DNA from: a virus | Taxonomy: Duplodnaviria > Caudoviricetes | IMG/VR virus record: IMGVR_UViG_3300028840_001835 | DNA length: 64,000 nt | Strand: one strand, 5' to 3' | Part shown: positions 36,484 through 45,598 of the stretch, piece by piece | Position numbering within the stretch: the stretch's first letter is position 1 | Layout: each line of letters begins with the position of its first letter | Position numbers and translations under genes: made by a program | The notes under the pieces: model-generated | Seen by the model: only the letters and a program-made list of their open reading frames with translations | Databases searched by the model: none | What the model was told of the DNA's origin: nothing

Positions 36484-37158
36484 GTGAAATCAATGAAAAA
36501 TGTTTTCCTTGTTTCGGGCAAACTACAGTCCGGTAAGAATCAGTTTGCTGAATACCTTGGTCAGGTGATCCAGCTTAATGAAGGAACAGTTACCTTTGAC
36601 CTTTTTGCAAAGGACGTGAAAGAAGGTTCTAGGGACGACTTTAAAAAACTATATGAGTATATAAATAGTAAGGTGAGGGCCATTCGACAAGATTTAATGT
36701 TATTGTCTTGCACCTGTCAATTCACCATAGAGCCACATCTCAATGATCTGGAGACTAAAGAAGATAATTTCTTTGAGGACAAGACAGACCTCACCAGAAT
36801 ACTTCTTCAGTTATATGGAACCGACATATTCCGCAAGAGAATTGACGATGATTATTGGGTCAAGAAATTAATATCAAGGGTTCAGAATTCAGAAGCCGAT
36901 AACATAATTGTTACCGATGTTCGTTTTCCGAATGAGATTGAATTGTTTAAGGGAACACCGGGTATAAATCCCATCTCAATTAGGATAGAGAGGAAGATGG
37001 TTCGTAAGGAAGATTTTCAGGAGCACGAATCAGAGACTTCGCTTGATGAATATAAATTTTGGGACTTTATTGTCGAGAATAATGGAACATTAGAGGATCT
37101 ATATGGGTCTGCAGAAACCATTAACAATGAGGTGATCAAAGATCGAATCCTATCATAA
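36484..37158 (+). CDS. Deoxynucleoside monophosphate kinase (T4 gp1-like)
   Basis: VSGKLQSGKN, FAKDVK, RILLQLYGTDIFR, IVTDVRFPNE, HESE, NNGTLEDL. Confidence 0.88.
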   Translation: MKSMKNVFLVSGKLQSGKNQFAEYLGQVIQLNEGTVTFDLFAKDVKEGSRDDFKKLYEYINSKVRAIRQDLMLLSCTCQFTIEPHLNDLETKEDNFFEDKTDLTRILLQLYGTDIFRKRIDDDYWVKKLISRVQNSEADNIIVTDVRFPNEIELFKGTPGINPISIRIERKMVRKEDFQEHESETSLDEYKFWDFIVENNGTLEDLYGSAETINNEVIKDRILS

Positions 37159-37166
37159 ATATATAC

Positions 37167-37595
37167 ATGAAGTATAGATGCATAGGATCAGAGTTTAGTA
37201 TAAAGGAGTTGGAGTCAGTCCTAAGAATATCTGTACGTTTCTATCTTGACAAGAAGGTGCATAAGAAAATCAAGCAAGAGTATGCGACCAAAGGAAACGA
37301 TATTATAATAGACTTGTTGTTTATGGACAACAGGCATCATACCCAACCAAATTATCATATACAATGGGACTTGGATCTTTCCGAATCAATGAAGAAAAGG
37401 AAAGAGACCAAAGAGGAATTCATAGATTTCTATGCACGGCAGGTCAAAGGAATAATAAATAATAAGGCAATGGCCCTTCTTGATTTAAGGAGCGAGGATG
37501 AAGGGTTAAGATTACTTTCACTAATCAGATTAAAACTTATCAAGATGAAGTTATTGAAAGAAGGAAAAGATGAAAGGAAGAGTTCTGATAGTTAA
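37167..37595 (+). CDS. Hypothetical protein
   Basis: CATAAATA at 37154; C-terminal KAMALLDLRSEDEGLR. Confidence 0.6.
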   Translation: MKYRCIGSEFSIKELESVLRISVRFYLDKKVHKKIKQEYATKGNDIIIDLLFMDNRHHTQPNYHIQWDLDLSESMKKRKETKEEFIDFYARQVKGIINNKAMALLDLRSEDEGLRLLSLIRLKLIKMKLLKEGKDERKSSDS

Positions 37596-38106
37596 CCAAA
37601 ACGATATGCCTCTGTCGATACATGAGATGGACAGGGCTATGCTGCTGTGGGATAAAAACAAAGCAGGTATTGTGGAGGTATATGATGACCAGTTCTTCGA
37701 TGTATTTGGTGAGAAGATTGGTCTTCCCGCAGTGATGCGTATGAACTACTTTGTTAAGATCAACAAAAAGAGACCGCTCCGTGATTTCTATTCAAAGGTC
37801 AATATATGGAAACGAGATGGCGGCCGATGCCAATACTGCGGTCGAAAGGTATCGGTTCGGGAGTTCACAGTCGACCACATCATTCCAAGATGTAAGGGTG
37901 GACAATCAATCTGGACTAATATTGTTACGGCCTGTAAAAAATGTAACAATAAGAAGGACTGCAAGACCTTGAAAGAGGCAGGTATGAAACTAATAAAACG
38001 TCCGGTCGTTCCCGACATCGTGGAAACCGTTTGCGACAATATAAGGCACAAGTTCCTCAACCTGGATAGGGTGGATCACCCATCTTGGTACAATTACATC
38101 AAGTAA
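37570..38106 (+). CDS. HNH endonuclease
   Basis: RCQYCG, TVDHIIP..KGG..W.NIVTACKKCNNKK. Confidence 0.9.
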   Translation: MKGRVLIVNQNDMPLSIHEMDRAMLLWDKNKAGIVEVYDDQFFDVFGEKIGLPAVMRMNYFVKINKKRPLRDFYSKVNIWKRDGGRCQYCGRKVSVREFTVDHIIPRCKGGQSIWTNIVTACKKCNNKKDCKTLKEAGMKLIKRPVVPDIVETVCDNIRHKFLNLDRVDHPSWYNYIK

Positions 38107-38195
38107 AATGAGAGTAGCATATCCAGAGGCTCAACTGAACCTGTTCAATAAGAACAGGAAGGTTGAGCCTATTTTCTTTAAAGGAAAGGAAAACA

Positions 38196-39008
38196 ATGAT
38201 CCGAGACAATTTGAAAGGGCTAATAGGCAATATAAGAAAAGCCAAGGAAGAGAAAAGACCCTGGGTCGATACATTGATGTTTATATCTAAGTTCCGAGGA
38301 ATAATCAGCTTGGCGTTGATGCTTCTGCTGTTTATTTTCTTTGTGAACAAGATTGATATCATGACAGATAACATCGGTGATAGGATGAACCAGATCGATG
38401 ATAAGGTGAACAGGTTAATCCTTAAGATCAATAAAAGAGGATTGGATGTACAGGGTGTCAAGAACATAATTCTGAAATACTGTGATCATATTTCAGTTGA
38501 CACTGCATACATATATGCTGAGGAGATTGTTAGTCTGGCCAATACATATGAGGTCCTAACCCCATCATTACTAACAGCCCAGATATATCAAGAGAGTAAG
38601 TTTTTTAAGGACACTGTTTCAAAAGCAGGAGCTGAGGGTCTAATGCAGATAATGCCAGAGACCCAAGCAATGATCTGCGCAGAATGGAGTATGACTTGTA
38701 CGGATAAAACTGCGTTCAATCCGATAATAAATATGAGGATGGGAGCTTGGTATATGGACTGGTTGATCAAAAGAATCAAACTAATCGAGAACAATAGAAA
38801 CGGCGCATTGGCTTATTATAACGGAGGGGGAAGACAGGCTTTTAGATATATGTTACTTGAAAAGAGTTTGAAAGGTGTTGAACTGGACTCTCTTGAAACA
38901 CATTATATGGAGGCATTAGCAACCGAGACCAAGAACTATGTTTCAAAAATAAATCGGCGGGACTCACTATTCCATCGGATTATAGCAGACCAATTACCAA
39001 CTGGTTAA
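38196..39008 (+). CDS. Membrane-anchored lytic transglycosylase (SLT domain)
   Basis: N-terminal TM, QIYQESKF (catalytic Glu), AEGLMQIMPET, AYYNGG, ETKNYV. Confidence 0.88.
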   Translation: MIRDNLKGLIGNIRKAKEEKRPWVDTLMFISKFRGIISLALMLLLFIFFVNKIDIMTDNIGDRMNQIDDKVNRLILKINKRGLDVQGVKNIILKYCDHISVDTAYIYAEEIVSLANTYEVLTPSLLTAQIYQESKFFKDTVSKAGAEGLMQIMPETQAMICAEWSMTCTDKTAFNPIINMRMGAWYMDWLIKRIKLIENNRNGALAYYNGGGRQAFRYMLLEKSLKGVELDSLETHYMEALATETKNYVSKINRRDSLFHRIIADQLPTG

Positions 39009-39019
39009 GGAGGTACAAG

Positions 39020-39157
39020 TGAGAAGGACAGATCGTGTTTCTAAGAAAGAACTGAATAGAAAAATAGGATCAAACAATAAGAAGAAAAAGAACACAACAC
39101 GAAAAGGTATGGAGCCTTACAAGAGAAAAAGGAAGGATTTTCTAAAGGATATTTAAC
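39020..39157 (+). CDS. Small highly basic protein (45 aa, not in ORF track)
   Basis: AGGAGG RBS then GTG: MRRTDRVSKKELNRKIGSNNKKKKNTTRKGMEPYKRKRKDFLKDI. Confidence 0.5.
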
Positions 39158-39171
39158 GTATAGGAGATACA

Positions 39172-39456
39172 ATGGAAACTGCATTATTGATAGGATGGAT
39201 AGGTATAGGATTGTTGGCTATAATTGCAGTCTTACTATTCACCTTTGTGAAAGGCATAAACTCACTTCTCGATCAAGGTGTTATGGTATTCAAAGCACAG
39301 AGTGAATGGGCAAATCAGATTCTGGACAAGCTCTATGAGGAAAAGAATTCAGGCCAGATCGAGGAGGATAAAGATTCACAGGAGATATATAGAAAGGGCG
39401 AGGAGCTCCTGGACAAGATCAAAGATAATTCCAAAAAAGAAGTTGACGAAAAATAA
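39172..39456 (+). CDS. Membrane-anchored hypothetical protein
   Basis: N-terminal hydrophobic helix; GGAG RBS. Confidence 0.65.
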   Translation: METALLIGWIGIGLLAIIAVLLFTFVKGINSLLDQGVMVFKAQSEWANQILDKLYEEKNSGQIEEDKDSQEIYRKGEELLDKIKDNSKKEVDEK

Positions 39457-39470
39457 AAATTGACTAAATT
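39443..39470 (+). promoter_or_regulatory. Promoter class A variant (TTGACG-N16-TAAATT)
   Basis: Same spacing as the other class A sites; precedes the MoxR gene. Confidence 0.6.
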
Positions 39471-39532
39471 TAAAACGATGAGTGATCAAACTAACTAACC
39501 TAAACCGATAACTAAACCAAGAAAGGATCATT

Positions 39533-40675
39533 ATGCCAGACATAAAAGAAACAATGGCAATCATAGAAGCCACTCCAGACGACCAGGCCATACTTCTGGA
39601 AGGAAAGCATGGTATTGGTAAAAGTGAGTGCGTCAGAACTTACTTTGAGGGAAAAGGTTACCGAGTCGTAACCAAATTCCTTGGACAGTTGGCTGACGCC
39701 GGTGACCTTATCGGGTTGCCGAGGCACACCGAGGACCCAGAGTCAGGAGTCGTTCACACGGACTTCGCACCTCCTACCTGGTGGCCCATGACAATGGAAG
39801 AGAATGTCATACTCTTCCTGGACGAGCTGAACAGGGGTAAGCCCGAGGTCATGCAGTGCATCATGGACATGGTGCTGAACCGCAGACTTAACGATAGAAA
39901 GCTGCCAACCAAGTGTAGGATAATCGCCGCTATGAACCCAGTCAGTGATGACGGGTACTACGAGGTTGAGGAGCTGGACCCGGCGTTACTTGATAGATTC
40001 AACCGTTACGACTTTCTGCCCTCGGTTAACGAGTGGCTGGATTGGGCGACCAAAGCAAAGTGCCATAAATTCGTGATTGGCTTCATCGCAAAACATCCGA
40101 ATCATCTTGATCCGGAGACAAGCGCAAAGGCGGGAGCCGAGAGGAACACAATTCAGGCTTCCAGGCGTTCATGGAAGAGGGTGTCTGACATCCTTAACAA
40201 GAACCCCAACCTGAATGTCCACACCATGAGGGACACGTTCCTTGGTATCCTTGGACCGAAGTCCACCTCCGTGTTCACCAAGTATGTGAAAGAGGAAGGT
40301 AAGGGACTTGACGCTGCGAAGGTCATACTCAAGTACAGCAAGACGATAGAAAATACTCTGAAGAGTCTGGACATTCAGACAGTGACACAGCTCAACAGAG
40401 AGATCGCAATCTGGTTCAAAGAACAGGAGAAGGACATTAAACTCTCCAAGCAGCTTGGCGCCAACACGACCAAGAACTTGCAGAAGTACCTTAACACTAT
40501 TCAGCCAGAGGCGATGGCAGAGTTCTTTGATCTTCTTTCTCGCTCCAACACGGACGGAGAGACTTGGCCTCAGACTCTCTTGAATCTGAATCCTAATCTG
40601 GCCGAGAAGTTCTTCAAGATCGTCCACGGCGAGAAGATCGAGGATAAGCAGACAGACGATGAGTGGGATGATTAA
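39533..40675 (+). CDS. MoxR-like AAA+ ATPase
   Basis: GKHGIGKS, DLIGLP, LFLDELNRG, IAAMNP, LDPALLDRF, SRRSW. Confidence 0.9.
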   Translation: MPDIKETMAIIEATPDDQAILLEGKHGIGKSECVRTYFEGKGYRVVTKFLGQLADAGDLIGLPRHTEDPESGVVHTDFAPPTWWPMTMEENVILFLDELNRGKPEVMQCIMDMVLNRRLNDRKLPTKCRIIAAMNPVSDDGYYEVEELDPALLDRFNRYDFLPSVNEWLDWATKAKCHKFVIGFIAKHPNHLDPETSAKAGAERNTIQASRRSWKRVSDILNKNPNLNVHTMRDTFLGILGPKSTSVFTKYVKEEGKGLDAAKVILKYSKTIENTLKSLDIQTVTQLNREIAIWFKEQEKDIKLSKQLGANTTKNLQKYLNTIQPEAMAEFFDLLSRSNTDGETWPQTLLNLNPNLAEKFFKIVHGEKIEDKQTDDEWDD

Positions 40676-40727
40676 TTCATCCTACTCGGGTAGCTGGAGT
40701 TGATAACAGTATAGGAGACTGATTGAA

Positions 40728-41003
40728 ATGATTAACGGAAAGATATATCCCTATATCTCTGCAGTCGAAAAGCCCTATGATTGGGAGTTTTACTTCACGG
40801 TGAAGCCTTCAAGAAGGGTATACCTGAAAGGGATCAGCAAGGCCAAGTTGGCTAAGTTGAGAAAGAGAACAGCAGAGACCGGATATTTGGAAAGACTTCG
40901 TGCCCTGAACAATGGGTTTGGAGCTTCCACCAGAGCCGAGTATGCCAGAACTTTTTACAAGAAGGTTTTTGGCCGCAAAGGCATCACTACGAGAATACCG
41001 TAG
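40728..41003 (+). CDS. Hypothetical protein
   Basis: 91-aa ORF with AGGAG RBS. Confidence 0.6.
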   Translation: MINGKIYPYISAVEKPYDWEFYFTVKPSRRVYLKGISKAKLAKLRKRTAETGYLERLRALNNGFGASTRAEYARTFYKKVFGRKGITTRIP

Positions 41004-41010
41004 TTTCAAT

Positions 41011-41034
41011 ATGTGAGCCCTTCGGGGCTCACAT
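41011..41034 (+). other. C(UUCG)G extra-stable RNA hairpin
   Basis: ATGTGAGCCC-TTCG-GGGCTCACAT, 10-bp stem, intergenic; typical T4-like mRNA stabiliser/processing element. Confidence 0.8.
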
Positions 41035-41085
41035 CAGTTGAGTTTTTATAGTACCGACACGAACCAACAACTAGAAAGGATAACA

Positions 41086-42528
41086 ATGTCAGAGGAACAG
41101 AACACACCCGGAAAAGACTTGGTGCCAGCCGAGCAGCAACAGGAAAACACCAAAGAGGTAGTCATCTCTGAGGAGGGTTACGATAACATCCGGACAGCTA
41201 AGGAAAAGATTGAGAAGGTCTTGGTGAACTGGTTCACTGATGATCCTGTCATGCTTGGTACTTACTGTCTGGTCGAAAAGGTCGCAAGTAAAGATCAGAA
41301 GACCCTTGGTATCGACACAAGGTCAAGTACACCAAGAATTAAATACAATCCAAATTTCATCAATACTCTTTCTGAGGAGAGGCTCGAATGCATCATGGCT
41401 CAGGAGGGTTTTAAATTATTGCTCAGGCATCCAACTACACGATTGGCGTTCCCTAGAAATATATCTGGTCTCGCTAGTTCTGTTACCGTTACACCAATGT
41501 CCCTCGGTCCGCTTCTGAATATGGAAGGTATGGAAGACTTCTTTCCTACTCCAAAGAACTTCGGACTTCCCGAGGGTAAATTCTTTGAGGAGTATTTTCG
41601 TCAGTTGATGGACAGAAAGTCTGAGACAGACAAACGAATCAAAGAGATTTGGGATTCCATGTCTGACGAGGAAAAACAACAGATGATCAATGACGCCATG
41701 AACAATCAAGGTCAGGGTCAGTCAGATCCCAATCAACAGCCACAAGATGGCCAGGGTCAGGGTCAAGATGATCAGAATGGTCAGGGTCAGGGTCAGGGAA
41801 ATCAGGACCAGGATGGGTTTGAAAAATACGACAATGAAAATGACGCAATGAAGGAATACTTCGATCCCAATAGTACCAACAATGTTGACTGGGGTACGAA
41901 TGATCTTCTGGACGCGGACATTAAAAGCATGGTGGATGAGAAGAAAGGCTCTAGTAAGCAGTGGGGCAAATACACCGGCGAAGCATTAGGTGATATAGTC
42001 GCAGCCAATACACCAAAGATTTCCTGGAAGGAAATTGTGAGGCGTTTTGGTCGCTCGGTTATGTCCCGTAGAACTGTACCCTCAAGGATGAGAGTAAACA
42101 GGCGTTACAAATTCGATCTTCCTGGAGCACGCAGAGAATATGACACTAAGATCATATTCGCAGTCGATGTATCTGGCTCAATGTCAGATGAAGATTTAAA
42201 GGAAGGTTTCGCAGTTATAAACTCGGTGTGCGGTCATGCCGAGATGACCTACATGCTGTTCGATACCAAAATCAAATCAGTTGAAAAGGATTTCAAAAAA
42301 GCCAAGAAGTCCTTTAAAGTGACTGGTCGGGGAGGTACCGATTTCCAGGAAGTGGTCGACTATGCAAACGAACATAAGGCAGACGGTCTCGTAATATTCA
42401 CAGACGGGTATGCTGATTCACCCTCGAAGCCTATAAAGACAAAGACTCTCTGGTTATTACATAGCAAAGGTCAGAGTCCTCCAGTGGAGTGGGGGTTTAG
42501 AGCCTACCTTGATAGGTACGAGAATTAA
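41086..42528 (+). CDS. VWA-domain protein (DUF2201-like metallopeptidase-VWA), MoxR partner
   Basis: IKYNPNF, QG/D-rich linker, ISWKEIVRRF, MIDAS VDVSGSMS, GRGGTDF, FTDG. Confidence 0.88.
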   Translation: MSEEQNTPGKDLVPAEQQQENTKEVVISEEGYDNIRTAKEKIEKVLVNWFTDDPVMLGTYCLVEKVASKDQKTLGIDTRSSTPRIKYNPNFINTLSEERLECIMAQEGFKLLLRHPTTRLAFPRNISGLASSVTVTPMSLGPLLNMEGMEDFFPTPKNFGLPEGKFFEEYFRQLMDRKSETDKRIKEIWDSMSDEEKQQMINDAMNNQGQGQSDPNQQPQDGQGQGQDDQNGQGQGQGNQDQDGFEKYDNENDAMKEYFDPNSTNNVDWGTNDLLDADIKSMVDEKKGSSKQWGKYTGEALGDIVAANTPKISWKEIVRRFGRSVMSRRTVPSRMRVNRRYKFDLPGARREYDTKIIFAVDVSGSMSDEDLKEGFAVINSVCGHAEMTYMLFDTKIKSVEKDFKKAKKSFKVTGRGGTDFQEVVDYANEHKADGLVIFTDGYADSPSKPIKTKTLWLLHSKGQSPPVEWGFRAYLDRYEN

Positions 42529-42554
42529 CCAACTAATATAGGAGAATAAGTTCC

Positions 42555-42767
42555 ATGACAATTAATCATTTGGAGGAGTTTGATAAGAGACTCACAAAAT
42601 ATGTGCAGGCCTTGAAGAAAAACATCCAAGACGCAAAACCTGTCAAGAAACTAAACCCGCATCAGTACAAACTGAGAGGACATATAGTTAAGGCACAGAC
42701 TGAGGTGTTGGATGAGGTTCTTAAAGGAATTCCAAAAGTAAAGGAGAAGGTGGAGTTTATGAGGTGA
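42555..42767 (+). CDS. Hypothetical protein
   Basis: GGAG RBS, 70 aa. Confidence 0.6.
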   Translation: MTINHLEEFDKRLTKYVQALKKNIQDAKPVKKLNPHQYKLRGHIVKAQTEVLDEVLKGIPKVKEKVEFMR

Positions 42768-42837
42768 TATGCCGTTCGGTTGGTTCGGTTCATTCTTTCT
42801 TGGTACGCACGGACTAATCCTTATAGACAATCCACGC

Positions 42838-42870
42838 AAGGGGAGGGACTAGAGTTCCTCCCCTTTTTTT
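42838..42870 (+). terminator. Rho-independent terminator
   Basis: AAGGGGAGG-loop-CCTCCCCTTTTTTT. Confidence 0.85.
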
Positions 42871-42904
42871 GTCACATAAAAAACTAAAACGGTTGGATTT
42901 AACA

Positions 42905-43423
42905 ATGAAAAGAGTATTCATCTGTGAAACTGATATAGTGCCTGTCAACTGGTACTACCAATATGATTCAGTAGAAAATTTCTATTGGTTTAAACTGGCA
43001 CTTACGAAAAACTATAACCTCCGACATGAGAATGAGGAAATTTCATTCTTTGGATTGAATGAAAACTGCACCTTTCGAACCAAGAGAACCGCCGATCCTC
43101 ATCGAATGGCTATTCGGGTATATAACAAAATACTTCAATGGCCCACGGGTGAAGTATCAAGATTTATTCGTAATCCATCATTAATCATACTAGGGTTAAA
43201 GTCTAATATTAGTTGGGAGAAAAACCTAAGTCAAAAGTTCATGAAACATAAGGTGTTCGATTGTGAGATAAGAGAAAATCTGGATTCAACATTAATAGAG
43301 CCAGATACATTAGAATATATGATAAGAAATCAGACTCCAAAACTACCACAAAGCGTTCCTGATAACAAAAAGATGGTGAGGGGTCGCCGGGCTCCCGGCA
43401 GCGGATTAAGGCTAAAACCGTAA
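42905..43423 (+). CDS. Hypothetical protein
   Basis: ATG at 42905 within the track ORF 42869..43423. Confidence 0.55.
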   Translation: MKRVFICETDIVPVNWYYQYDSVENFYWFKLALTKNYNLRHENEEISFFGLNENCTFRTKRTADPHRMAIRVYNKILQWPTGEVSRFIRNPSLIILGLKSNISWEKNLSQKFMKHKVFDCEIRENLDSTLIEPDTLEYMIRNQTPKLPQSVPDNKKMVRGRRAPGSGLRLKP

Positions 43424-43435
43424 ATTTTAAAGCAC

Positions 43436-43466
43436 AAAAAGAGGGAGATAAAAATCTCCCTCTTTT
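43436..43466. terminator. Bidirectional terminator between convergent genes
   Basis: AAAAAGAGGGAGAT-aaaa-ATCTCCCTCTTTT. Confidence 0.85.
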
Positions 43467-43487
43467 AATTTTAGTGCTGCAACAAGG

Positions 43488-43877
43488 TTACACTAAAATG
43501 GATCTCCGTGTCTTACCTTCGATCTGTTTATTAATTGCCTTGACCAATCTTCCAAATGAAAACAATCCATTGTAATCGTAGAACCGATTTCTCTTGATCC
43601 ATTTACAATGGACAAGTATCCTGAGTCCATCTGGATTGACATCAGTCTTCCTGGTGCTACGTTTCATAATGGTAACATCATTCGGAAACTCCCCAAAGAC
43701 CTTGATCATTTCGTTGGTTATTAGCTCCTTCTTCTCGGCAAAGGTCATACCAGATACATCAAACTTGATTAGTTTCTTTCGCATCTTTGTGGTGCCCGGA
43801 ACATCGACCACTTCATGTAACGCATCGGGTTGAACCTTTACATTGGTTACTTTTTTCTTCATACCTAAAATCCTCAT
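43488..43877 (-). CDS. Hypothetical protein, paralogue of 44658..45206
   Basis: CAT at 43875-43877 and TTA at 43488-43490 place the MRILGM... ORF on the minus strand; shares TxxEKK...GExP...PDGxRxLV with 44658..45206. Confidence 0.7.
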   Translation of the reverse strand: MRILGMKKKVTNVKVQPDALHEVVDVPGTTKMRKKLIKFDVSGMTFAEKKELITNEMIKVFGEFPNDVTIMKRSTRKTDVNPDGLRILVHCKWIKRNRFYDYNGLFSFGRLVKAINKQIEGKTRRSILV

Positions 43878-43900
43878 GGGTTAAAATAACACTTATTCCA

Positions 43901-43928
43901 AATATAGTAAATTATATTTGGATGTCAA
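43901..43928 (-). promoter_or_regulatory. Promoter class A (TTGACA-N16-TATATT)
   Basis: AATATAGTA...TGTCAA on the + strand. Confidence 0.8.
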
Positions 43929-43944
43929 TGTAAATTATGGACTT

Positions 43945-44397
43945 TTATTTACCCGGAGGTTTTTGGTCTGGTGGAAGTTCGTCCTCGGTATATATTCCAA
44001 GTTCGTCACAGAAATCAGCCACGCCCTTCTCTATGTTCTCGTCTGTGAACTTTTCCTTGATCTCTTTCTGATGGGCGGTCGTCTGAATCGGAGGCTCGGA
44101 ACTTCCCTCTGAATGGGATAAGCCTGAACCATGATTCTCAAGAACGAAACAGTAAAGACAGAAGTCATTAAAAGAAGTGACCATGGCAGGGGGATAGTTA
44201 TTCTTAATGGCCTGTACATAACTATCATAGACCTCGGGACCTTCCTTCTCCATCCACGACTTAAAATTGACCATCTTGGGATCCTTGGAAAGAACTTCCG
44301 CAATCCTACGTTTGATAGCCAGGGGACTGACGCTGTTCAGCTTCTCCCAGTAATTCTTACCCGGTTTAGGTTCCAGGCTCCCTTCTATGTCTGACAT
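43945..44397 (-). CDS. Hypothetical acidic protein
   Basis: 150-aa ORF with GGGAG RBS. Confidence 0.6.
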   Translation of the reverse strand: MSDIEGSLEPKPGKNYWEKLNSVSPLAIKRRIAEVLSKDPKMVNFKSWMEKEGPEVYDSYVQAIKNNYPPAMVTSFNDFCLYCFVLENHGSGLSHSEGSSEPPIQTTAHQKEIKEKFTDENIEKGVADFCDELGIYTEDELPPDQKPPGK

Positions 44398-44409
44398 GAT
44401 TCTCCCTTC

Positions 44410-44676
44410 TTAAAAGTTAAGGTCACTATTATTTAGTTTGTTTATGTTCTTCAAACCGAAATGTTTTCGTGGGTCAACCTTTCTCTCAAGCATGACCTCA
44501 GCCTTATGTTCGGTAATATGCCTGCATTTTTTTCTCCACTTGTAACCGGGACAAGTGCAGTGCCACTCGCGGTCTTTATATCTTACAAAATAACTCTTAC
44601 CTGTCGAGCCCTCCACAATCCAAAGGCGATCATCCTCGCCATATATACTCTTTCCCATTATTGCTCCAGTAACCAA
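44410..44676 (-). CDS. SWIM zinc-finger protein
   Basis: GSTGKSY.V...WHCTCPGYKWRKKCRHI (CxC...CxH). Confidence 0.8.
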   Translation of the reverse strand: MVTGAIMGKSIYGEDDRLWIVEGSTGKSYFVRYKDREWHCTCPGYKWRKKCRHITEHKAEVMLERKVDPRKHFGLKNINKLNNSDLNF

Positions 44677-45206
44677 TCTATCTTTGAGAATAATGCACTG
44701 ACTCGATACTTACCTTTCTTATCGTATGCTCGCTGTCTATGTAGACCTTCAATCCAAACCAAAAATCTATCACCGTCGGGAAACTCATCACAATTACCAG
44801 CACGGACGCCTATCTTTTTAAACTGAACCCCTTTTGGAACCTCACCATATTTCTCAATGATCATGTCTCTGACCATTTTCTTTTTCTCTTCCCAGGTCTT
44901 TCCGAATGTATCTAGATCAACGACCTTTGAAATCCGTTTACCAGTTACCTTTCTTTTCTTCTTGGGTTCCTCCACCACGGGTTCAATGGATACATCGTTA
45001 GAATCCTTTTTATATTTCTTACCATAGAGCCAACCATTTCCATCACCGAGATTGATTGCCTCGTCTGGGTGTTTCTTTAAATATCTCTGAGCCTCTTCGG
45101 GTGTATATCTTACATCGGGAGCGATCCATACAAACCCATAATCAGGTCCTCTATTCGCATCCTGTCCAATTAATACCTCTTCCTCTTCCTTGACTCGCTT
45201 TACCAT
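44658..45206 (-). CDS. Hypothetical protein, paralogue of 43488..43877
   Basis: TWEEKK...YGEVP...FPDGDRFLVW; GGAG RBS. Confidence 0.7.
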   Translation of the reverse strand: MVKRVKEEEEVLIGQDANRGPDYGFVWIAPDVRYTPEEAQRYLKKHPDEAINLGDGNGWLYGKKYKKDSNDVSIEPVVEEPKKKRKVTGKRISKVVDLDTFGKTWEEKKKMVRDMIIEKYGEVPKGVQFKKIGVRAGNCDEFPDGDRFLVWIEGLHRQRAYDKKGKYRVSALFSKIDWLLEQ

Positions 45207-45230
45207 TCAGTTCTCCTTTGCTATAAACTA

Positions 45231-45299
45231 AATATAGTAAACTCCACAAAAATGTCAAGTTCCAAAAACAGTTGACAAAGAGATAAACATTACTATATT
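45231..45299. promoter_or_regulatory. Divergent class A promoter pair
   Basis: Minus strand: TTGACA(45258-45253)-N16-TATATT. Plus strand: TTGACA(45272)-N16-TATATT(45294-45299). Both have TAC before the -10. Confidence 0.85.
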
Positions 45300-45337
45300 T
45301 AACTAGAAGGTTACATTAAAAGGAAAGAGGTTCTGCA

Positions 45338-45598
45338 ATGGACATGATGGATTATAAAATGGAGATGAAGAGGCAGAAGGAGCCAAAGAGGTATGTTCTG
45401 TTCTGTCCCGAAGTAGGTGATCGATCAGGTCTCGGGTTCAACTCCTTCGATGAGAGATATCGTAAAGGCGAAGGCAACTATATGCCCCATCTGATCAGGT
45501 ATGGAGCCATGTTAAAGTGGTATCAGATCGTTGACACCCAGAATGATAACAAGGTTGTGGAAGAGAATTTTCAGGACGAGGATGATGAATTATTATGA
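45338..45598 (+). CDS. Hypothetical protein
   Basis: 86-aa ORF after the promoter. Confidence 0.6.
   Translation: MDMMDYKMEMKRQKEPKRYVLFCPEVGDRSGLGFNSFDERYRKGEGNYMPHLIRYGAMLKWYQIVDTQNDNKVVEENFQDEDDELL

Noticed and set aside
36660-36667. TATAAATA late promoter
   Set aside because: It lies inside the dNMP kinase CDS, far from any start codon; plausible by chance in AT-rich sequence.
37570-38106. HNH gene as an intron-encoded homing endonuclease
   Set aside because: No interrupted host gene flanks it; it looks like a free-standing McrA-type HNH.
38108-38290. 60-aa ORF
   Set aside because: It overlaps the start of the transglycosylase gene and has no recognisable motif; too weak to list as a feature.
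43488-43877. Plus-strand assignment of the MRILGM... ORF
   Set aside because: The sequence shows CAT at 43875-43877 and TTA at 43488-43490, so the ORF is on the minus strand.
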